64,000 nt of DNA from Polyangiales bacterium (GCA_044229975.1 JBGARZ010000001.1:928001-992000); one strand, 5' to 3'. Counted from the stretch's first letter, positions 48,654 to 59,679 are shown. Program-made: numbers and translations. The notes: a model not told the origin generated them from the sequence alone.

Positions 48654-50891
48654 TTGATCGCAGTCGGTGACCCTCTCGGCAAGCGTTTCACTGTCTCCAG
48701 GGCGCCCGACGAGGAGCGCACCGGCGCGTTGTTCGAGGTCATCGACCGCGACGCGGCGGTGGTGACCGCGCAGCTCCTCGGCGTCACCGCGAGCGCCACC
48801 GAACACCTCGCCGACCTGCGCCCCGTGCTCGGCGCCGTGCCCTCCAACAGCTCGCTGCTTCGGCCGCGCGAGATCACCGTCAACCGCGCCTCGCTGCCCG
48901 TCGCGATCTTCCCCGTCGCGTCGCTCGTGCCCGTGAGCGAGCGCCTCGCCGACGTGGTGACCGCCCTCGGCAAGCCTGCGACGGTGGCCTCGCTCTTCAA
49001 CTGGATCGCCGCCATCGCGACGGACCTCGACCGCGTGCACGCGGCCAACGTCTGCCACGGCGTCATCCGCGCGCAGTACCTCGTGTGCCCCGCCGCGGTG
49101 GTCGTCGAGCGCTGCGTGCTCGTGGGCTTCGGCATCGACGCGCTCGCGCGCCGCAGCACGCCCGACCTCGAAGCGGCCACGCCCCGCAAAGACCTCGTCG
49201 ACCTCCTCGGCGCGCTGCACGACCTCTTCATCCTCGCGGGGCTGAGCCCGGAGGGCGGCTCCGCCGGCAAGTGGACGCTCCTGCGACACTCCTCGCAGCA
49301 CGGCGAGCACCCCGCCCTCGCGTCGGGCACCGAGCTCGGCAAGACCCTCGTCGAGCTCGCCAAGCTGAGCGTCGAGCCCACCGCGCCGATGCCCTCGATG
49401 CGCCCCATGCGCGGCAACACGCTCGCCCCGCCGGGCCGCAGCAACACCGGGTCGACGCGCAACCCCAGCATGCCGCCGCCGCGCGGCAACGCCGCGCCCC
49501 GCGAAGACTCCATCGGCCCCGGCGGGCGAGGCGATCGTTCGGTGCGCGCGCCCAAGGGCGGCACGGCGCCCCCTCCGGTCGAAGAGCGCCGCTCCATGCC
49601 TCGATGGGCGCGCGGGCTCCTGCTCGGCGTCGGGCTCGCCGTGGTGATCGGCGGCGCGGGCGTGGCCTACCTCTCGACGGTGAAGGACTCGCCCATCTCC
49701 CTCGGCATCCTCCACCCCGGGCGTCGCCGCGTCGCGGCGCCGTTGCGCTGCGAGGGCGAGTCGCTCGACCCCCCGGCGGGCTACGAGGTCGAGGCGCAGG
49801 AGTTCGACGTGGCGTGCGCCCCCGACGGCCGCACCCTCATCACGGTGGCGAGGCGCGAGACGCAGGTGCTCACGGCCACGCGCGAGGCGAGGCGCGGCCA
49901 GGCGTGGCGGCACCTCGACACCTCCGACGCAACGGGCGCGGTCGAGCTCGGCGCGGCGGTCAACACGGGCGACGGCCTGTGGGCCATCTGGCGCAACGGC
50001 GTCGGTGACCCGGTGGGGCTCGCCGAGGTGTCGCACGACCCGCACGCCCACGCGCCGGTGCACCTCGCGGGGTGGGACAGCGTTCCGCTGCGGGGGGTGA
50101 TGCTGCTGCACCGCGACGCGAGCACCACCTGGCTGGTGAGCAACGTCGAGTCCGAAGGCGGCGCCCACCCGGTGCTCTTCCAGGTGTCGTCGGGCGACGG
50201 CCGCGGCCGACCCTCCGTGCAGACCTGGTACCTCGGCGCCGGAACCGTCGAGTCCACCATCCCCGGCCCCTCCCCCGCGCTGCTCTTCCATCAGGGCGAA
50301 GGCCAGTCGCACCGCCTGAGCGTGCTGTGGCCGCAGCTCGGGCTCCTCGCCGCCGCCCACCCCGGCGGCGACGCCACGTCCGTGCGCGGCGCCACGCCCT
50401 CCGACAACGCCCTGCGCCGCAGCGCTCCAGTCGCCCTCACCGGCGAGGTCTTCGCCGCCACCATCACCGGCGCCTCCCTCGGCGACGAAGCCGGCTTCGC
50501 CGTCACCCTCGGCGTCGCGCGACCCGCCGAGCAGTGCCCCACCCGCGCCCGCTGCGTGGGCCCCGGCGCGGTGCACCTGCTGCGCTACAGCGCCGCGCGC
50601 CCCGTGCCCGTCGACGTCACCGTCGCGACCGAGTCCGTCGCCCTCGACCTCTCCTCCGAGGCGCCCGACCGTTGGCTCGTGCTGCATCAGCCCGCGGGTG
50701 TGGCCGTGCACCCGGCCCTTCAGCTCAGCACCGTGGCAGGGGCGTCCCCCACCCACGCCACGATCTCCAACCCTGGCTCCAACCGCGGGCGACTCGTTCG
50801 CTGCGGCGGAAGCCTCTGGCTGGGTCAACAACTCTCGCGCCCCACCCCCCGAATCGTGGCGGTACCCACGGAGTGCTTGACCTCACGGTAG
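48654..50891 (+). CDS. Receptor-like pseudokinase 1 (degenerate kinase, Pro-rich linker, TM, extracytoplasmic domain)
   Basis: G..LGKRF start; CHGVI for HRDL, LVGFGI for DFG, no VAxK lysine; TM GLLLGVGLAVVIGGAGVAYL. Confidence 0.7.
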   Translation: MIAVGDPLGKRFTVSRAPDEERTGALFEVIDRDAAVVTAQLLGVTASATEHLADLRPVLGAVPSNSSLLRPREITVNRASLPVAIFPVASLVPVSERLADVVTALGKPATVASLFNWIAAIATDLDRVHAANVCHGVIRAQYLVCPAAVVVERCVLVGFGIDALARRSTPDLEAATPRKDLVDLLGALHDLFILAGLSPEGGSAGKWTLLRHSSQHGEHPALASGTELGKTLVELAKLSVEPTAPMPSMRPMRGNTLAPPGRSNTGSTRNPSMPPPRGNAAPREDSIGPGGRGDRSVRAPKGGTAPPPVEERRSMPRWARGLLLGVGLAVVIGGAGVAYLSTVKDSPISLGILHPGRRRVAAPLRCEGESLDPPAGYEVEAQEFDVACAPDGRTLITVARRETQVLTATREARRGQAWRHLDTSDATGAVELGAAVNTGDGLWAIWRNGVGDPVGLAEVSHDPHAHAPVHLAGWDSVPLRGVMLLHRDASTTWLVSNVESEGGAHPVLFQVSSGDGRGRPSVQTWYLGAGTVESTIPGPSPALLFHQGEGQSHRLSVLWPQLGLLAAAHPGGDATSVRGATPSDNALRRSAPVALTGEVFAATITGASLGDEAGFAVTLGVARPAEQCPTRARCVGPGAVHLLRYSAARPVPVDVTVATESVALDLSSEAPDRWLVLHQPAGVAVHPALQLSTVAGASPTHATISNPGSNRGRLVRCGGSLWLGQQLSRPTPRIVAVPTECLTSR

Positions 50892-50924
50892 AAGTTCGCG
50901 AAGCGTGACGACTGGAAGATTTCC

Positions 50925-53135
50925 GTGATCCCTGTCGGCGAGAAGCTTGGTGGTCGGTACTTCGTCCTTCAACCCATCGACCCTACGGCGTTGGGCACCC
51001 TCCACGAGGTGCGTGACGCCCAAGGGACGGTCTCCTACGCGCAGGTGCTGCACCCGGCGGTGATCCCGCTGCCGGTGTTCGAGGCCCTGCGCAGCGAGCT
51101 CGGGGCCATCCCCGCGAGCCGGGTGTACCGCCGCCCCGACGAGGTGCTGCGCAGCACCGAAGGCATCCCCGTGGTGATCTTCCGCCAGGCCCCGCCGCCA
51201 GGGCTGGGTGAGCGCCTCGCGGGGCTCTTCACGGGCGACATCGACGAGCGCCGACGGGCCGCGCTGCGGGCGCTCGTGGGCTGGTTCGCGCCGCTGGCCG
51301 AGGAGCTCAACAACCTCCACGCCGTCGGCATCGTGCACGGCGCCATCACCCTGGAGCGCCTGCACATCCTCGAAGACCGCGGCTCCGAGCGCCTCGCGGT
51401 GTCGGGCTTCGGCGTCGAGCCGGTCACGCGCCTCCTCGCCGCCAGGCCGCGCCCCGCGCCCCGCGCCGACTTCGCCGCGCTCGCGCTCGCGCTCCAGGCC
51501 GCGATGGAGCGCACCGGCGCGCGCCCCGATGGCCCGGCGGTGGTGCGCTGGGAGATGATCCGCAACTGCGCGCGCGCGGGTGATCACCCCGCGCTCCAGT
51601 CGGGCCTCGCGCTCGCCAACGCCATCCGCCACCTCATCGACGAGCCCGCGCGGCGCATCTCCAGCGGGCACCTCACGGCCGTCGGCGGAACCACCTCGGC
51701 GGCGCCGAGCCGTGGGCCGCAGACCAACCCGCCGGGCACCGCCCCGACCGACGCGGGCCCCAACGTCCCGAGCCTGCCGTCGGGCCGCATGGTGTCGCCG
51801 TTTACGGCGCCCCCGGAGGTTCGCACCGAGCACAACACCCGGCGGCGCCGCTTCGTCATCGCGGCGGCGGTCGCGGGCGCGATGCTGCTCACGGCCGCGG
51901 TGGTGACGCTCGCCAACAACAACGCCCACATCGACTCGTTGATCCCCGGGCGGGTGGTGGTCTCGGTGCCCACGCGCTGCGGCGACGAGCCGCTCGCACC
52001 GCCGCGCTCCTTCGCGGTGGCGTCGGCCCCGCGGGAGCTCTCGGCGCTCTGCGTGGGCGACACCCAGCAGGTGGTGGTGCTCTCGCAGCTCGACGACACG
52101 CTCACCATCGACCGTCGCCGGAGCGCGCGCGGGTCGCGCTTCGAGACCGCGAGCGCCGTCATCGCCGAGGGGGTCTTGCAGAGCGGCACCGCGCTCTCGG
52201 GCCCGACCTCCTGGGCCACCTGGATCGCTCGCGAGGGAGCGGTCTTCGGCCTCGCGCGCATCGACCGCGACGTGCGGCGCATCCCGATGCATACGCCCGG
52301 GCTGACGGCGGCGATGTTCCAGGGCGCGCTGCTGTTGCGCGCCGACACCACCGGCGCGTGGATCGGCACCACCTTCGTCGACGGCGGCCGCGAGCGCGCC
52401 GCCATCGTGGAGTTTCCCGCGCGCACCAACGATGAGCCCCGCGAGGCGACGGTGTACCTCGTCGCCGACGGTGCCGTCGCGGCGGCGGTTCCTGGCGACC
52501 CGGCGACTCTGCTGCTCCGCTCGCGCGACGCGACGGGCACGAGCTTCGCGGTGGCGTCGCTGCCGCTCAACACCCTGGCGGGTCTCTCCACCGCGGTCGC
52601 GGGGGGCGACGCGGGCACTCCCAACGCGGGCGCCGAGGTGGCGCCGCTGCGGGAGCTCCAGGCACAGCTCCTCCAGCGTTCGGCGGCGTGGCGGGCTCCG
52701 GCCGGGGTCGTCAGCTTTGCGCCATTGGGCGTGGGCAACGCCGGCTCGTCGCGGCGCTTCCTCGCGACGGTGGTCGCGGGCTCCGACGCGGGTTGCACGG
52801 GCACGCGCTGCGAGGGCAGCGGGTCGGTGGTGGTGGTGGAGTTTCCCCCGCGCGGCGACGTGATGACGCGCGAGATCGAGCGACAGGGCCGCGGGATGAT
52901 GATCGCGGGCGGCGTCAACGGCGCGGTGCTCGCGGCGGTGACGAGGGCGCGCGACGGCGAGCTGATCCCGCTGCTCATCGATGGCGGGAGCGAGGCGCGC
53001 GGCGGCCACTGGGTGCTGGGCGGGCTCGACCGCGTGGCGGTGGTGACCTGCGGCGACGAGCCGTGGCTGGCCTTCTCGCAGGGCTCGCCGCAGCTCCGGG
53101 CGGGGCTCGTCCCGCTGGCCTGCGCGCTGCGCTAG
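50925..53135 (+). CDS. Receptor-like pseudokinase 2 (paralogue)
   Basis: GEKLGGRY; IVHGAI, VSGFGV; shared HPAL.SG, RC..E.L and CG...WL...P..C motifs; one TM. Confidence 0.7.
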   Translation: MIPVGEKLGGRYFVLQPIDPTALGTLHEVRDAQGTVSYAQVLHPAVIPLPVFEALRSELGAIPASRVYRRPDEVLRSTEGIPVVIFRQAPPPGLGERLAGLFTGDIDERRRAALRALVGWFAPLAEELNNLHAVGIVHGAITLERLHILEDRGSERLAVSGFGVEPVTRLLAARPRPAPRADFAALALALQAAMERTGARPDGPAVVRWEMIRNCARAGDHPALQSGLALANAIRHLIDEPARRISSGHLTAVGGTTSAAPSRGPQTNPPGTAPTDAGPNVPSLPSGRMVSPFTAPPEVRTEHNTRRRRFVIAAAVAGAMLLTAAVVTLANNNAHIDSLIPGRVVVSVPTRCGDEPLAPPRSFAVASAPRELSALCVGDTQQVVVLSQLDDTLTIDRRRSARGSRFETASAVIAEGVLQSGTALSGPTSWATWIAREGAVFGLARIDRDVRRIPMHTPGLTAAMFQGALLLRADTTGAWIGTTFVDGGRERAAIVEFPARTNDEPREATVYLVADGAVAAAVPGDPATLLLRSRDATGTSFAVASLPLNTLAGLSTAVAGGDAGTPNAGAEVAPLRELQAQLLQRSAAWRAPAGVVSFAPLGVGNAGSSRRFLATVVAGSDAGCTGTRCEGSGSVVVVEFPPRGDVMTREIERQGRGMMIAGGVNGAVLAAVTRARDGELIPLLIDGGSEARGGHWVLGGLDRVAVVTCGDEPWLAFSQGSPQLRAGLVPLACALR

Positions 53136-53698
53136 GCGCGGCGTCCGAACTCGTCGAGAAACACGCCCACCGTGGGCGCGTCGATGTTGGTGAACCGCAG
53201 CTCGCGCAGGACGCTCTGCGGGCGCGCCGCAAACCACGCCTCGACGCGGTCGAACAAGATCTCCGCGCAGCGCTCCTTGGGAAACCCGAAGATCCCGGAG
53301 CTGATGGCGGGCATCGCGACGGTGGCGCAGCCCTCGCGCTCGGCGAGGTCGAGGGTGTTGGTCACCGCAGACGCGAGCTCGGCCTCCTCGTTGCGACCGC
53401 CGCCATGCCAGACGGGCCCGACGGCGTGGATGACCCGCTTCGCCGGGAGCATGTAGCCCTCCGTGAGCGCCACGCCCCCGTTGGGAATCTCCCCGTAGCG
53501 CTCGACCCAGGCGTCGCTCTCCAGTTGGAGGTCGAAGCCCGCGCGACGGAGGATGGCTCCGGCTACGCCGCCGCCGTGGGCGAGCCAGCCGTTGGCGGGG
53601 TTGACGATGGCGTCGACGTCCTCGCGCGTGATGTCGCCGTGCACGACGACGAGGCGCTGTCCGGACGGGAGAGCGCGGGTGGCCTTGATGTCGTTCAT
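53132..53698 (-). CDS. Macro domain protein (ADP-ribose/O-acetyl-ADP-ribose hydrolase)
   Basis: GDIT, DAIVNPAN, HGGGVAGAI, VIHAVGP, MPAISSGIFGFP. Confidence 0.93.
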   Translation of the reverse strand: MNDIKATRALPSGQRLVVVHGDITREDVDAIVNPANGWLAHGGGVAGAILRRAGFDLQLESDAWVERYGEIPNGGVALTEGYMLPAKRVIHAVGPVWHGGGRNEEAELASAVTNTLDLAEREGCATVAMPAISSGIFGFPKERCAEILFDRVEAWFAARPQSVLRELRFTNIDAPTVGVFLDEFGRRA

Positions 53699-53792
53699 CG
53701 GCGTGGGGAGACAGTGTAGAAAGGGTCGCGCGCCGAAGTCCAAGACGCGACCGAAGGGCGACCCCAGCCGCCGCCCTCCGGAGGAGCCAACG

Positions 53793-54341
53793 ATGTCCGA
53801 CGCGGTACGCCACGCCCACGCCGACCTCCTCCAGCGCTACCTCGCCGCGGTCCGCACCGTGAGCGGCGAGCTGCCCATGACCGAGCACGACCCCGCGCAC
53901 CCGTCGCCCTGCGAGGTGACCCCGCCCGACGCGGACGGCAACGTGCTCTGGCAGCCGCTCGCGCGCGTCCCCGCGTCGGACCTCGCGACCCTCCAGCGCG
54001 ACGCCGACGTCACCCTCTCGGACGACCTTCGCGCCTGGCTCGGCGCGTGGTGGTGCCTCCCCTTCGAGGCCTCCCTCGGGAGCGAGTCCATCATCCTGTT
54101 GGGCCTCGGTGGACCCGCCGACGAAGCGGCCTTCGGTGCACAGCTCGCCGCTCACCTCAGCGCGCGACGAGCGCGGTCGGAGCCCGACACCGTCCCCATC
54201 GGAGCGCTCGGTGATGGGCGCTTCCTCACCGTCGATAACGTCAGCGGTCGGGTGCTGTTGGAGTCTCCCGCGAAGACCCTCGGCGTCGTCGCTCCGTCCC
54301 TTGCCGCGCTGCTCTCGCGGCTCATCCCGCTGGCGCTGTGA
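53793..54341 (+). CDS. syd: Syd-like protein (SUKH superfamily)
   Basis: GGAGGAG SD; PSPC, WQP, HL..RR...PDT..IG, VDNVSGRVLLE, APSLAALL.RLIPL follow the E. coli Syd motif order; about 182 aa. Confidence 0.7.
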   Translation: MSDAVRHAHADLLQRYLAAVRTVSGELPMTEHDPAHPSPCEVTPPDADGNVLWQPLARVPASDLATLQRDADVTLSDDLRAWLGAWWCLPFEASLGSESIILLGLGGPADEAAFGAQLAAHLSARRARSEPDTVPIGALGDGRFLTVDNVSGRVLLESPAKTLGVVAPSLAALLSRLIPLAL

Positions 54342-54344
54342 CCG

Positions 54345-54986
54345 CTACGGCGCGAGGCGCGCGATCACCCAGCCGTCGCCCGACCGTCGGTAGCGCAGCC
54401 GGTCATGCAGGCGACTCCGACGCCCCTGCCAGAACTCCACCATCGACGGCACCACCCGATAGCCGCCCCAGTGCGCGGGGCGCTCCACCGTCGTCCCTTC
54501 GTAGCGTGCCTCCGCTTCGGCGAAGGAGCGTTCGAGCGCCGCGCGGTTGGCCACCACGGCGCTCTGCGGCGAGGCCACGGCGCCGAGCTGGCTCGCCCTC
54601 GGCCGCACCGCGAAGTACGCGTCGGACTCCGCGGCCGTGACGCGCTCGACGACGCCCTCCACGCGCACCGATCGCTCCAGCGGCAGCCACACGAACACCA
54701 GCGCGGCGGCGGGTCGCGCCGCGAGCTCGCGGCCCTTGTCGCTGTCGTAGTTGGTGAAGAACACGAAGCCCGCCGCGTCGAGGTCTTTGAGCAGGACGAT
54801 GCGGGCGTGGGGCGAGCCGTCGGCGTCGACGGTCGCGAGGGTCATCGCGTTGGGTTCGTCGACCTCCGCCGCCCGCGCCTCGGCAAACCACCGCCTGAAC
54901 TGCTCCCACGGCTCGCCCGCCACCGCCGACTCGTCGAGCGACCCGGCCCGGTAGTCCCTGCGCAACCTCGCCAGATCGTCGTCCAT
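54345..54986 (-). CDS. pdxH: Pyridoxamine 5'-phosphate oxidase
   Basis: [56 protein letters not shown]. Confidence 0.96.
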   Translation of the reverse strand: MDDDLARLRRDYRAGSLDESAVAGEPWEQFRRWFAEARAAEVDEPNAMTLATVDADGSPHARIVLLKDLDAAGFVFFTNYDSDKGRELAARPAAALVFVWLPLERSVRVEGVVERVTAAESDAYFAVRPRASQLGAVASPQSAVVANRAALERSFAEAEARYEGTTVERPAHWGGYRVVPSMVEFWQGRRSRLHDRLRYRRSGDGWVIARLAP

Positions 54987-55093
54987 CGCACGCCGTCGTA
55001 GCGCCGCGGCCGCGCCCTGTGAAGCATCATCGGCAGTGCTTGCATTGCCCCCCGAATACGGCGAGAAACCGCTGCACACCCGCGAGGAACCTC

Positions 55094-56134
55094 ATGCGCC
55101 GCGCTCTTCCCTTCGCCTTCGCCTCCGTCTTCCTGGCCGCCTGCTCCGACGACGTCGTCAATCAGCCCACCGACGCGGGCAACGGCACCGACCTCGGCGT
55201 CGTCCCCGACGTGCAACCCGGCGCCGACGTGCAGCCCGGCGCCGACGTGCAGCCCGGCGCCGACGTGCAGCCCGGCACCGACGTCCCCGCCGCTGCGGAC
55301 GTGCCCACGGCGGGCGACGGCGGCACGGCGCCCACCTGCGGCTCGGGTCGACCCACGATCACCTCGGTGCGCGGCAGCGAAGGGCTCGTCATCGCCGTTG
55401 ATGGGACGATCTACTACTCACAGTCGCGCGCCGTGGGCCGCATCCGCCCCGGGATGGCGCCCGAGTCCACCTGGGCCTCCCTCCCCACGGCGGCGTCCAC
55501 GGTGTGGGGCCTCGCCCTCGACGTCGCCAACCAGCGCCTCTACGTCGGCTCTCCCTCGGCCGGCACCATCTATGCGGTCGACCTCACCGCCGAGGCCCCG
55601 ATGGGCACCGCGTACCTGCCGGGCGCGGGCTCGCCCAACGGCCTCACCATGGGCCCCGACGGCGCGCTGTACTACAGCAACTTCTCCGCGTCGGGGCACG
55701 TGTACCGGGTGGTCGACGGGATGCGCACGCAGGTCACCACGGCGACCATCCGCCAACCCAACGGCGTCGCCTTCCACCGCGACGGGTCTCTCTACGTCGA
55801 CAGCTACGGCGCCGGGTCGCTCATCAAGCTGACGCTCGCCGACAACCGTGAGACGGCGCGCGAGACCGTCGCGACCGACCTGGGCAACCCCGACGGACTC
55901 GCCTTCGACGCGACGGGCCGCATCTACATCGGCGACAACTCGGGCGGGCGGCTCATCCGCCTCGACGCCGACGGCACCAACCCCGAGGTGCTGCGCACGG
56001 GCATCTCCGCGGCCGCCAACATCGAGTTCGGCGTCGGCGCCCTGCGCTGCACGGACATCTACGTCGCGTCGGGCGGCGCGCTCGTACGCTACGAGATGGG
56101 CGACACCAACGGCGCCGCCGTCCCCTGGCACTGA
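55094..56134 (+). CDS. SMP-30/gluconolactonase-like beta-propeller lipoprotein
   Basis: GAGGA SD; LAAC lipobox; SEGL, PNGL, PNGV, PDGL blade motifs. Confidence 0.8.
   Translation: MRRALPFAFASVFLAACSDDVVNQPTDAGNGTDLGVVPDVQPGADVQPGADVQPGADVQPGTDVPAAADVPTAGDGGTAPTCGSGRPTITSVRGSEGLVIAVDGTIYYSQSRAVGRIRPGMAPESTWASLPTAASTVWGLALDVANQRLYVGSPSAGTIYAVDLTAEAPMGTAYLPGAGSPNGLTMGPDGALYYSNFSASGHVYRVVDGMRTQVTTATIRQPNGVAFHRDGSLYVDSYGAGSLIKLTLADNRETARETVATDLGNPDGLAFDATGRIYIGDNSGGRLIRLDADGTNPEVLRTGISAAANIEFGVGALRCTDIYVASGGALVRYEMGDTNGAAVPWH
55208..55279. repeat. 18-nt coding tandem repeat x4 (DVQPGA)
   Basis: GACGTGCA(A/G)CCCGGC(G/A)CC four times. Confidence 0.85.
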
Positions 56135-56167
56135 CCGACACCCCTCTCACCGGGAGCTACGACCAGC

Positions 56168-56614
56168 ATGGCCGACCTCAAGAGCATCCTCACTGATCCC
56201 ACGCGCCGACAGCTTGTCGTGAAGGACGCCGAGCGTCTCCTCGACGACGAGGTGTCCGCCAAGTCGGGCCTGTCGGGCCTCGCCATCAAGGCCGCCGTGA
56301 AGGTGGTCAAGGGCGTCAAGCCGGGCATCATCCCCGACGTCATCGACGGCCTGCTCGACGACTTCGCCGGGCGCCTCGACCCCTTCTACCAGGCGCATGT
56401 CGCCAAGGGCGGGTCGATCGTCGACAACTTCACCGCGCGGAAGGGTGAGATCGCCGACGCGCTCCTCGGCATCACCGACGACCGCGCCAAGAACACCCGC
56501 CACAACGCCCTGCGCAGCGCCTACCAGCAGCTCCGCCCGCAGGGGAAGAAGAACGTCGAAGAAGCCGTCCCCGGCGTCGCCCGCCTCATCGACAAGCACG
56601 CCCGCACCCTCTAG
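56168..56614 (+). CDS. Conserved hypothetical protein (DUF6918-like)
   Basis: L.DEV..KSGLSGLAIK, KPG, ADALLGITD.RA, Y..LR....KNVEEA.P. Confidence 0.7.
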   Translation: MADLKSILTDPTRRQLVVKDAERLLDDEVSAKSGLSGLAIKAAVKVVKGVKPGIIPDVIDGLLDDFAGRLDPFYQAHVAKGGSIVDNFTARKGEIADALLGITDDRAKNTRHNALRSAYQQLRPQGKKNVEEAVPGVARLIDKHARTL

Positions 56615-56628
56615 ATCCACGCGAGCCC

Positions 56629-57471
<843 letters not shown>

Positions 57472-57554
57472 GACGCCTCTTTACAGCCCGCGACGCGGCG
57501 CATACACCCGCGGCGCGCGCGCTCACGGTCGTGAGGCGCCGCAGGAGATCAGCG

Positions 57555-58319
57555 ATGGAACTCAGCACGTTCAAGATCATCGTCACGGGCGGCGCGCAGG
57601 GCATGGGCGCGCACTTCGCGAAGCGGCTCGTCGAGGCGGGGGCGCAGGTCGCCGTGGGCGACGTGAAGGAAGAGGGCCTCGCCGCCCTCGCGGCCGAGGT
57701 GAAGGGCCCGGGCAAGCTGTTCACGCGCAAGCTGAACGTGGCCGACGAGGCCGAGGTGGTGGACTTCGTGACGTGGGCGCACGCTTCGATGGGCGGCCTC
57801 AACGGGCTCATCAACAACGCCGGCATCCTGCGCGACGGCCTCCTCGTGAAGCAGGACCGCACCACCGGCGCCATCACCAAGATGTCCCGCGAGCAGTGGA
57901 ACGCCGTCATCGACGTGAACCTCACCGGCGCGACGATGATCGCCCGCGAGGTCATCGCGAAGATGATGGAGACCGGCACTCGCCCCGGCGTCATCGTCAA
58001 CATGTCGAGCATCGCGCGCTACGGCAACCGCGGTCAGTCCAACTACTCCGCCGCGAAGGCGGCGCTCGCGGCCAACACGCTGACGTGGGCGCGCGAGTTC
58101 GGGGCGTACGGCATCCGCGTGGGCGCCATCGCCCCGGGGATGATCGAGACCCCGATGACCCAGGGCATGAACCAGAAGGCCCGCGACGCGCTGGTCGAGA
58201 AGGTTCCTGCGGGGCGCGTGGGCGTGCCCGAGGACATCTGGCTGGGCGTGCGCTTCGTGCTGGAGTGCGACTACTTCACCGGGCGCACCATCGACGTCGA
58301 CGGCGGCCTCTCGATGTAA
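57555..58319 (+). CDS. SDR family oxidoreductase (FabG-like)
   Basis: AGGAG SD; TGGAQGMG, NNAGILRD, NMSS, YSAAK, PGMIET. Confidence 0.9.
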   Translation: MELSTFKIIVTGGAQGMGAHFAKRLVEAGAQVAVGDVKEEGLAALAAEVKGPGKLFTRKLNVADEAEVVDFVTWAHASMGGLNGLINNAGILRDGLLVKQDRTTGAITKMSREQWNAVIDVNLTGATMIAREVIAKMMETGTRPGVIVNMSSIARYGNRGQSNYSAAKAALAANTLTWAREFGAYGIRVGAIAPGMIETPMTQGMNQKARDALVEKVPAGRVGVPEDIWLGVRFVLECDYFTGRTIDVDGGLSM

Positions 58320-58326
58320 TGGCCTC

Positions 58327-59643
58327 TCAGCGCCGCGGCCTCCTCAGCGAGATGACGTTCTGGCTGAGGAGGTTGTAGAGCGTCCGCAGCACTTCGAGCT
58401 GCGCCATGGTCGACACGTCGATGATCTCGTCGATGCTCGACGTCCCATCCACCAGAGACAGAACGAAGCCCGCGCGGTGGTCGAGCGCCAGCCAGCGCAG
58501 CTCGGCGTGCGGGATCATCATCACCGGCACCTGATCGAGCGACCCGAGGCGCCCGGTGTAGATCGCCCGCAGCTTGGTGCGCGACGTCTCGGCGATCTCG
58601 CGGGCCTCGCTGTCGATGCGGTCGGCTTCGAGGAGCGTCTCGGCCAGCGAGAGCGCGCCGGTGAAGTCGCCGAGCTCGAAGCGGTCGACCATCTCGCGCC
58701 GCGTCGACGGCGGCATCTGCGAGGGCCGCGGCTGGATGGCGTCGATGCGCGGCGGCAGCGGCGAGCGCTGGGCCTCCGGGGGAATGTCGCGGTTGACCAC
58801 CGGGGTCGGCTGGGCGCGCGGCGGACGGCTCACCGTCGACACCGGAATCGACTGCACCGGCGTGGGCTTCTCGGCGCGGGGCACCTCGCGCAGCGCGGGT
58901 CGCTCGGCGCGAGGACCACCCACCGCCCGCGGCGCCGAGACGTCCTGAAACTCCAGGTCGTCCACGTCGGCGGGTTCGAGCACCGAGGCGCGCGGCACGT
59001 GGGGCGGCGGCATCGACGAGGCCGCGGGCTTGTTGTGCAGCGGCCCCGGGACGGCGAAGCCCTGCGGCACCGCGCGGGGCACGGCAGCGCGGGGGATGGG
59101 CGTACGCCCGCGCAGCGGCGAGACCGACGCGGGCTTGTGCGACAGCGCCTCGGCCGGAACCGGCGGCGGCGTGCGCGGTACCGGAGGCAGCGGGGTCGGC
59201 GGCGGAGCCGTGGGCGGCGGCGCCGTGGGCGGCGGGGCCGTGGGCGGCGTCAGGAGGTTGTCAGGCGCCTCCGGGGTGGCGCCGAACATCATGGTGCCCT
59301 GGAAGCGCCGCGGGCTCCCTTCGACGCCCGGGAGGTTGGAGATGCTGGCCGTCGCCGCAGGGATGGCGAGCGGCAGCGGAGGCGGGCGGCCGAAGTCGGT
59401 GAACTCCTCCTCGGCATGCGCTTCGGGCGGCGGCTGGGCGGCCACCACCGGGGTCTCCATGTCCCAGTCCCAGGAGTCCGAGGCGCGCTGCTCGGCGACG
59501 GGCACCGGCGTGATTCTCCGAGACACCTCCGTGGCCGGACCGGGCGGCTTCGGCGGCAACGCCGACGCCTCCTCATCGAGGAGGTCGAACCAGTCGTCGA
59601 TCTCCGATCCGGTCGGTGTCTTGCGGCCCTCGCGGGTTGCCAT
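58327..59643 (-). CDS. Pro-rich disordered protein with conserved C-terminal helical/wHTH-like domain
   Basis: Long Pro/Ala-rich region; C-terminus GDFTGAL...LDHRAGFVLSLVDG.SSIDEIIDVS. Confidence 0.7.
   Translation of the reverse strand: MATREGRKTPTGSEIDDWFDLLDEEASALPPKPPGPATEVSRRITPVPVAEQRASDSWDWDMETPVVAAQPPPEAHAEEEFTDFGRPPPLPLAIPAATASISNLPGVEGSPRRFQGTMMFGATPEAPDNLLTPPTAPPPTAPPPTAPPPTPLPPVPRTPPPVPAEALSHKPASVSPLRGRTPIPRAAVPRAVPQGFAVPGPLHNKPAASSMPPPHVPRASVLEPADVDDLEFQDVSAPRAVGGPRAERPALREVPRAEKPTPVQSIPVSTVSRPPRAQPTPVVNRDIPPEAQRSPLPPRIDAIQPRPSQMPPSTRREMVDRFELGDFTGALSLAETLLEADRIDSEAREIAETSRTKLRAIYTGRLGSLDQVPVMMIPHAELRWLALDHRAGFVLSLVDGTSSIDEIIDVSTMAQLEVLRTLYNLLSQNVISLRRPRR
59207..59249. repeat. 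15-nt coding tandem repeat x3 (PPPTA)
   Basis: GCCGTGGGCGGCGGN three times. Confidence 0.65.
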
Positions 59644-59679
59644 CTAGCGCTGTTCCTCGTCCCCCTCCACTTACGCCGT

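Noticed and set aside
50883..54155. Very long alternative ORFs (1090 aa here; also 48543-50831, 58477-60708, 39542-41593, 31574-33607)
   Set aside because: Antisense or off-frame shadows of well-supported genes, expected at high GC; Arg/Gly/Ala-rich with no motifs.
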